DNA from: Octopus sinensis
Lineage: Eukaryota
NCBI RefSeq assembly: GCF_006345805.1
Contig: NW_021825697.1
Coordinates: 1-14,949, forward strand
Direction of reading: 5' to 3'
DNA: 14,949 nucleotides
Numbering within the stretch: the first letter of the stretch is position 1; every line of letters starts with the position of its first letter. Made by a program: the position numbers and the translations under genes. Of the stretch, positions 8,271-14,949 are shown piece after piece. The notes beneath the pieces were generated by a model that saw only the letters and a list, made by a program, of their open reading frames with translations, was not told where the DNA came from and searched no databases.

Positions 8271-9265
8271 CAAATATTAGCTAATAGTACACATTATATA
8301 TTCATACAACCTTGTTAGCATTTATTACAAGTTTCGTCTTTCGTCTACCTAAATTATTTTATCGTATTTTACTGCAATTTTACTTCTAAACTCTCACAAC
8401 TTTATTTCCAATATTAATATCGAATTAACAACAACCTACCCTATTGCAGACGATAAATACGTTTTATTCTGCCCTATCATATACTGCTCTGTTTTGTAGT
8501 ATAGTCTATGCTACTGCATATATACATATAGACTATTCCAAGCTCTTGCTATTTCATATTTTTTTAATATTATCATCGTTTTGTTTTATATGAAACTGAT
8601 ATTTATTTTGCCTGAAACGATATCATATCAAATAACAAATGTGTGTATGCTTCTATCTTTTATATATTTATAACCTGACATGAAAGGAAACGTAAATTTA
8701 TATGCTATATTTGTATGTATATATATATATGTGTGTGTGTGTGTGTATGTGTGTTTGTGTGTGAGTGTGTGTGTGTATTCAAATGTGTGCGTGGATGAAT
8801 ATACAAACAACACACACACACCTATATACATCAATGTGTGTTTTGTATCGTTACATATAAAAGCAATTTAATATTAAACAGAAAATTTTACATTTTAGGT
8901 GAGTATATGTTTATTTACTTTTACACTGATAAGTTTGACAGTGACTCCGAAATTTTGGGCTTGATTCTTTTCATCAGACAGTATAATAACAGCACGCAAG
9001 CCGAGATCTCGAAATTACTGCTATCATTTTTTTTTCTTGTACATATATATATATATACCAAATATATACGTTTTATCTACTATTATTTTGCACATTACTT
9101 AATCATTATTATATGCTTTATCTTATATTTAATCTTTTTATAAGATATAATTTTTCTAAATGGTATAATTTAATTTTTCATTATTGAATTGATAAAAGGT
9201 GTTTTTCTTTTAATTGCTATATACATATATATATTATATATATATTATATTTGATTCAGTATTTC

Positions 9266-9313
9266 TAAATTGAATTTTTCCCTGTAAGATTGGAATAATA
9301 TTCCCTCATATTA
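9266..9313 (+). repeat. Terminal motif related to the 5943-5988 end of the palindromic element, abutting (TA)n
   Basis: Its reverse complement AATATGAGGGAATATTATTCCAATCTTACAGGGAAAAATTCAATTTA resembles AATATTAGGGAATAAATCCAAATTTACAGGAAAAAAATCAGATTTA. Confidence 0.55.
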
Positions 9314-9339
9314 TTATACATATATATATATATAATACA

Positions 9340-9610
9340 TAAATAATATATAAATATATGCATACATACATATATGTACTTACCTACATATGTGTGTGTA
9401 TATATATATATATGCATATATGGGTACAGGGCATAAAAAAAACGTTGAACACAATAAGAAACTAAAACATAAAAACAAAAACATCGAAAACGAAATTTTT
9501 TTGAACAACGAAAAAAGCAAACGGAGAAACGAGACATGCAACATAAAGAATACTCCCCTTCATCAGTTGTCCCTGTCTCATCTACTCCGCGTTACGAAGG
9601 TAAGGACAAC
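9340..9610 (-). mobile_element. Diverged copy of the 2225-2479 / 2808-3072 family, truncated in the rearranged hammerhead
   Basis: Shares ACATATATGTAC.TACCTACAT, GTACAGG, CCCCTTCATCAG.TGTC and CGAAGGTA with 2225-2479. Confidence 0.7.
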
Positions 9611-9902
9611 ATATATATATACACACACATACATATATATATACATATCTATATATCCACTCACACACATACTCACACAAACAGACACGCACATAAAGTT
9701 TCTCTTTATTTAAGCATCACCATATTGTTGTCGCTTTTAGTATTTCATATAGCGAGAAACTTTGAGTCGCAAAACTGTTAACCTTCAGCTTTGAAAGAAT
9801 AAGCCCCTTCTAGTTATATGTGAACTATCTTTTCTTACGTCTTAATATTCAACCGATATAGATTCAAAACATTGACTTATCATATTTTTCGTTATTTTGC
9901 AG

Positions 9903-10327
9903 TGACATCCACCGTATCCAGCATTCTTACACTGACAGTCATCGCATGCGACCGCTTCTTCGGCATTGTTTTCGCTCTAAAAGCACACATCGCAGAACGG
10001 CGTGCTTGGTATGCCATTGTCTTGCTCTGGATTATCGCCATTGTGGTGGCAGCACCGCTGCTCTACGTCAGACGCCTCTTCATGACGAAATGGGCCAATC
10101 ATACGGAACGATTCTGTACAGACGATTGGACTCTCGTTACAAACAGTATGAACGCGATGAAGGCAAGACGCATCTACTACACTTTTGTTTCAATTGTGCT
10201 TTTCTTTGTTCCTGTACTAGTTATGTCCCTTGCCTACGCCATGATTATTTGGAAGTTGTGGTCGGCGCAGATTCCAGGTGAGAGGCTGGAAACGGAAAAC
10301 AGGAACCAACTTAGAGTGAAACGCAAG
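9903..10327 (+). CDS. Internal exon of a class A (rhodopsin-like) neuropeptide-type GPCR, TM3 to ICL3
   Basis: Acceptor TTTTTCGTTATTTTGCAG at 9902 (phase 1) and donor AAG/GTAATA at 10327 (phase 0). Translation shows SILTLTVIACDRF (DRY-like), TM4 LW...AAP, an ECL2 Cys, TM5 FFVP...AY and a basic KRK. General resemblance to QRFP/NPFF/orexin-type receptors, but orthology is not determinable by eye. Confidence 0.9.
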
Positions 10328-10534
10328 GTAATAATTATAACTTGTAAAAAAAGACATTTATTTCATTCGTTTAATGACTTTATAGATTGTACTGGCACGG
10401 TTTTTTATACAACTATGTATGTGCGTGTCATTTGGGAGTGAGTGTATGTGTGAGTGTATTTGTAAGTGTGTGTTTGACACGGACTGACTTTTGCCAACCT
10501 TTGTCAAAGACAGACATTTGTTTCATTCGCTTAA

Positions 10535-11853
10535 CGAGTGAGTGAGTGACTGACTGGCTGTCTGAGTGACTGAGTGAGTGACTAACTGACTGACTGAGTG
10601 AGTGGGTGAGCAAGTGAGTGACTGACTGACCAACTGAGTGAGTGAGTAAATGAGTGAGCGACTGATTGAATGACTGAGTGACTGAGTGAGTGAGTGAGTG
10701 CATGGATCTCTGTGTGTGCGTGTGTGTGTGTGTCTGTGTATTAATTTGGAGGGTGTTAGTTTTAAGGAAATATCAGATTTCCTGATATTACATTATATTG
10801 TCTCGGCTTTCTAACAACTATCTATGGGTGCGTATGTGTTTTTTGTGAGTGAGTAAGTGAGTGAGTGACTGGCTGAGTCATTGAGTGAGTGAGTAAGTGA
10901 GTGACTGACTGACTGACTGAGTGACTGAGTGACTGAGTGAGTGTTATTCTTAAATTTCCTTAAAACTAACAACCTCCAAATTAATACACAGACACACACA
11001 CACACACAGATCCATGCACTCAGTCACTCAGTGAGTGACTAAGTGAGTGAGTGACTGGCTGACTGAGTGACTGAGTGACTGAGTTAGTGACTGACTGAGT
11101 GACTGAGTAAGTGAGTGAGTGACTGACTGACTGACCAACTGAGTGAGTGAGTAAATGAGTGAGCGACTGATTGAATGACTGAGTGACTGAGTGAGTGAGT
11201 GAGTGCATGGACCTGTGTGTGTGTGTGTGTGTGTGTCTGTGTGTCTGTGTGTCTGTGTGTCTGTGTGTCTGTGTGTCTGTGTCTGTGTATTAATTTGGAG
11301 GTTGTTAGTTTTAAGGAAATATCAGATTTCCTGATATTACATTATATTGTCTCGGCTTTCTAACAACTATCTATGGGTGTGTATGTGTTATTTTTGAGTG
11401 AGTAAGTGAGTGAGTGAGTGACTGGCTGAGTCATTGAGTGAGCGAGTAAGTGAGTGACTGATTGACTGATTGACTGAGTGACTGAGTGACTGAGTGACTG
11501 AGTGAGTGTTATTTTTAAATTTCCTTAAAACTAACAACCTCCAAATTAATACACAGACACACACACACACAAACACACACACACAGATCCATGCACTCAC
11601 TCACTCAGTGAGTGAGTGACTGAGTAAGTGAGTGAGTGACTAGGTGTCTGAGTGACTGAGTGACTGAGTGACTGAGTAAGTGAGTGAGTGACTGGCTGTC
11701 TGAGTGACTGAGTGAGTGACTAACTGACTGACTGACTGAGTGGGTGAGCGAGTGAGTGAGTGACTGACTGACCAACTGAGTGAGTGAGTAAATGAGTGAG
11801 CGACTGATTGAATGACTGAGTGACTGAGTGAGTGCATGGATCTGTGTGTGTGT

Positions 11854-11897
<44 letters not shown>

Positions 11898-11952
11898 TGT
11901 GTCTGTGTATTAATTTGGAGGTTGTTAATTTTAAGGAAATTTAAGAATAACA
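10535..11952. repeat. Compound (GAGT/GACT)n satellite of about 2.5 tandem units with an alternately inverted unique module
   Basis: The module TGCATGGA..(GT)n..TATTAATTTGGAGG..TTAAGGAAAT is forward at 10699-10771, 11204-11320 and 11833-11952. It is reversed at 10943-11030 and 11508-11607. Confidence 0.9.
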
Positions 11953-12833
11953 ATGTAATAACAGCGAAAGTTACTGACGGAAACGTAATAACATAAATAG
12001 AGTGAAATTTAAACGTAAATTAGTTTTTATTCCTATTGTTATTATTATTGTTTTTGTTGCTGTTGTTGTTGTGATATGGTTATTATGTTCATACCAATGG
12101 TATTTCATGCTTTTATTCGTAATTGATTAATTAGTTTATCAACAACTTCCACCACACAACTATAAATTTTTCCACGAGTTCGCTATTATTGCTCCTTTTT
12201 TCTGTAGGCTTCCCATGGTTACGTTTCCAGTGATACTGACACAAAACACAAATACAAAACACAAACACCCACACATACACGACACTCACACAATTTGTTG
12301 TGTTATTAAATACGAAAAAGCTAAGCTTGAAATAGAGTTGTGTTTCAGTCGATGATATGAACTCTTTAGAGCAAAAGGAATGAGTGCCAAAATTAATGAT
12401 GAAGAATCACTTACATCATTAAGTATTCGTTGTACTAAGATTTGAGGTTCTAAAATGAGATGAAGTTTTAAAAATATCGTTGCTTGTAATCAGAAATGCG
12501 TTGCAATTCAAATCAATATTATGATCAAAGCAATTAACCATTTTATTTTTCAACTAAAAAGAACACAAACTTCAACGAACTGTATACTGCGTTGTACGTC
12601 GTCAACTCGAACAGGAACGAACCGCAGAAAAATATCAGGTAAACTGCAAGTGAAAATGAAGATGCTGTGAGTTAAATATCTTGCATAATTAGAGAAAAAA
12701 TTTCGAAGAATATAATTTTCACGATCGATTGGCAAATGTTTGACATGAAAGAAATTGGCTTTTTCTGGAAGAAAATGTCATAAATAACATTTTGGTAAGA
12801 CGTGAGACGTTGCAACCTGGTTATAAAACACCT

Positions 12834-13038
12834 GAGAATCGGGTTCTGCTTTTGGCACAAGGCCAGCAATTTCGGAAGAGGGGATATGTCGATTACATCG
12901 ATCCCAGTACTCAACTGGTACTTATTTTATTTCCCTCCGAAAGGACGAAAAGCAAAGTGGACATCAGTGGAATGTGAACTCAGAACGTAAAGACGGACGA
13001 AATACCGCAAAGCATTTTCCCCGGCATGCTAACCGCCG
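12834..13038 (-). mobile_element. Deu/Nin-like tRNA-derived SINE inserted in the Tigger remnant
   Basis: Homologous to 5180-5339. Flanked by a probable TSD, TATAAAACACCT (12822-12833) and TATAAAGCACCT (13039-13050). Confidence 0.85.
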
Positions 13039-13814
13039 TATAAAGCACCTAAATATTGCTTAACCGTTTTATTTGGAAGCAATGCTGAAGGGAACTTTGA
13101 GCTAAACCCGACGTTTATTTATCGAACGATGAACCCAAGCGCTTTAAGAGTAAGCAACAAATAACCTCTTCCACTTACTGAACTAAAGATAAAGGTATTG
13201 TAGCAAGTAGGTTTTGCTGGCGGCTGCTTTACGTCGCGCATTTGATCCGCAAGTTCAAAAGAATTGTTAAAAATATAATTTAGCATCAAAGGTCTTTCGG
13301 TTCTTGACAATGCCCCTGGCCATTGTAACTTACTTTATAACCTTTGCACTAACGTACAGTTCTATCTTTACCGCGCAATATGACATCGTTCTCACATTCC
13401 ATGAACCTGGGAACAATAATTACATACAAGATTTATCATATTCCAATAACTTTCTCACAGGCAAGTAAAGTTATAACTGGGGAAAGAAACAATTTCTCTT
13501 CAAGAATTTAGAGAGGAAAAAAATATATTTAATAAACCTTCGAAAATATTGACGAATTCTAAGACGTAATAATCAGCTGTATGAGAACAACCTTCCAAAA
13601 ATACTTTGCCTGAATGCTCTCATGATTTCAGGTGCTTCACAAATTCGGTAAATAGAATCATTGATTGATAAAATTGCTGCCGTTGGGATGAAGACAAAAA
13701 TGTTTGTCTTCGAGGATGTTGATTGGGGAAAAATGTTCATGAATTATTGGTTTCACAATGAGAAAATTTAAGTGACGAAGTTGTCATTGGGAAACGAGTG
13801 GCTAGAGGACATGA

Positions 13815-14192
13815 GGGTGGGAGAGGGAAGCGGAAGAGGAGGAGCAGGAGCATGAAGAAGAAGAAGAAGAAGAAGAAGAAGAGGAGAACAACAACAACAA
13901 CAACAGCAACAACAACGACGACGACGACGACGACGATATGAACGAGAAGAAAAGTGAAAGAAAGAAAGAAAGAAAAAAGAAAATGAGGAAGAAGAGAGGA
14001 GTGAGAAGTCGACGAGGTAAAGAGGAAGAAGAAGAGGAAGAAGAACAAGAAGAACAAGAAGAAGAAAAAGAAGAACAAGAAGGAGAAGAACAAGAACAAC
14101 AACAACAACAAAAACAACAAAGAAAGAAAGAAAGAAAGAAAGAAAGAAATGAGAGAAAAGAAAAAAGAGTGAGACAACTAAGTGAAAGGATA

Positions 14193-14229
<37 letters not shown>

Positions 14230-14240
14230 GAGGAGATGGA
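13815..14240. repeat. Purine-rich compound microsatellite (GAA, CAA, CGA, GAAA)
   Basis: Direct inspection. Confidence 0.95.
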
Positions 14241-14605
14241 GAACGAAGACGATATTAAGAAAGGGAAGATGTCCCACAGTGGAAAAGAGCAGCGAAGAAA
14301 ACAACTTGATTTTTCTCGAAATATAGAGTCTGCAAAGAGTCAAAAAATGCACAATTAATAGCATCTGCATCCGAATGTCGACAGAAGTATGCTCATTCAC
14401 CGCGATTAAGATAATGAAACATCTTGTTACCGTAAAATGTGTGCAGAGAAGAAAATAGATAAAGCTGTTAAACTGGCATTTGGTCACTTGAAAAATCATT
14501 CTTTCTGAAGAATGAATAATTAACGGTAATTCAAAATGCGTATTTTCTATTTTTCCAACATTGATTATAATTATTTCTATGGATTATAAAATGTGATTTA
14601 ACGTG

Positions 14606-14609
14606 TATA

Positions 14610-14681
<72 letters not shown>
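14606..14681. repeat. (TA)n microsatellite
   Basis: Direct inspection. Confidence 0.95.
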
Positions 14682-14684
<3 letters not shown>

Positions 14685-14949
14685 GTATAACCGGGTAATG
14701 AATCACTTGTGTTTAAATGAAGTTATGATTAAGCATACACTCGAACAAACACGCCTACACTATATGTATGTGCACGTGTGTGTGTGTGTATAAGTATGTA
14801 CGTATATGTAATAAATAAAAATTAATAGATATTCAGCTGTTGAAGTCATGCTACAAACGTTTTAATAGCATGTCAATTTATTTGCACTCTGAACTACTAC
14901 ACCAGTATATCATACACAATATTGCCCGTCATTTCATTGGGCATCTGTG

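Larger units (their letters stand above)
12640..14497 (+). pseudogene. Decayed pogo/Tigger-family DDE transposase
   Basis: Hand translation gives, in order, FDMKEIGFFWKKM, PGYK, LTVLFGSNAEGNFELNPTFIYRTMNPSAL, VLDNAPGH, LPRNMTSFSHSMNLGTI, LPECSHDF, ELLVSQ*ENLSDE and HPNVDRSMLIHR...CYRKMCAEKK. This is collinear with Tigger/TIGD1-type motifs. Many stops and frameshifts. May extend upstream to about 12300. Confidence 0.85.

Noticed and set aside
8925-9025. Hammerhead-like fragments (CTGATAAG, CGAAAT, TTCATCAG)
   Set aside because: Core motifs are degenerate, and I could not build consistent stems I and III on either strand.
9872-10441. 189-aa ORF as a complete single-exon gene
   Set aside because: It lacks TM1-2 and TM6-7, has no ATG start, and good splice sites bound the GPCR-like part at 9903-10327.
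13737-14499. ORFs of 146, 243 and 106 aa with poly-F/S/E/T runs
   Set aside because: They are trinucleotide microsatellite translations overlapping a Tigger remnant.

Overview
AT-rich, microsatellite-dense metazoan genomic DNA. The SINE families and repeat style suggest an octopus/cephalopod, which is an inference. The only host coding sequence is one internal exon (9903-10327, +) of a class A peptide-type GPCR covering TM3 to ICL3. The rest is repeats: a full-length but frameshifted mariner element with TIRs and TA TSD, a decayed pogo/Tigger transposase, CORE-type and Deu/Nin-type tRNA-derived SINEs, and a complex inverted satellite. The most notable signal is three distinct families of non-coding elements inserted in (TA)n that carry hammerhead ribozyme (HHR) motifs. 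These are (i) a retrozyme/Penelope-like direct repeat with a 583-bp period and type I HHRs, (ii) a 318-bp palindrome with minimal type I HHRs on both strands, and (iii) a family whose HHR core segments appear in a non-circularly permuted order. The third is supported by compensatory changes between copies and by one copy ending at the predicted cleavage site. All folds were derived by eye, and catalytic activity is untested. Most ORFs in the supplied track are microsatellite artefacts.
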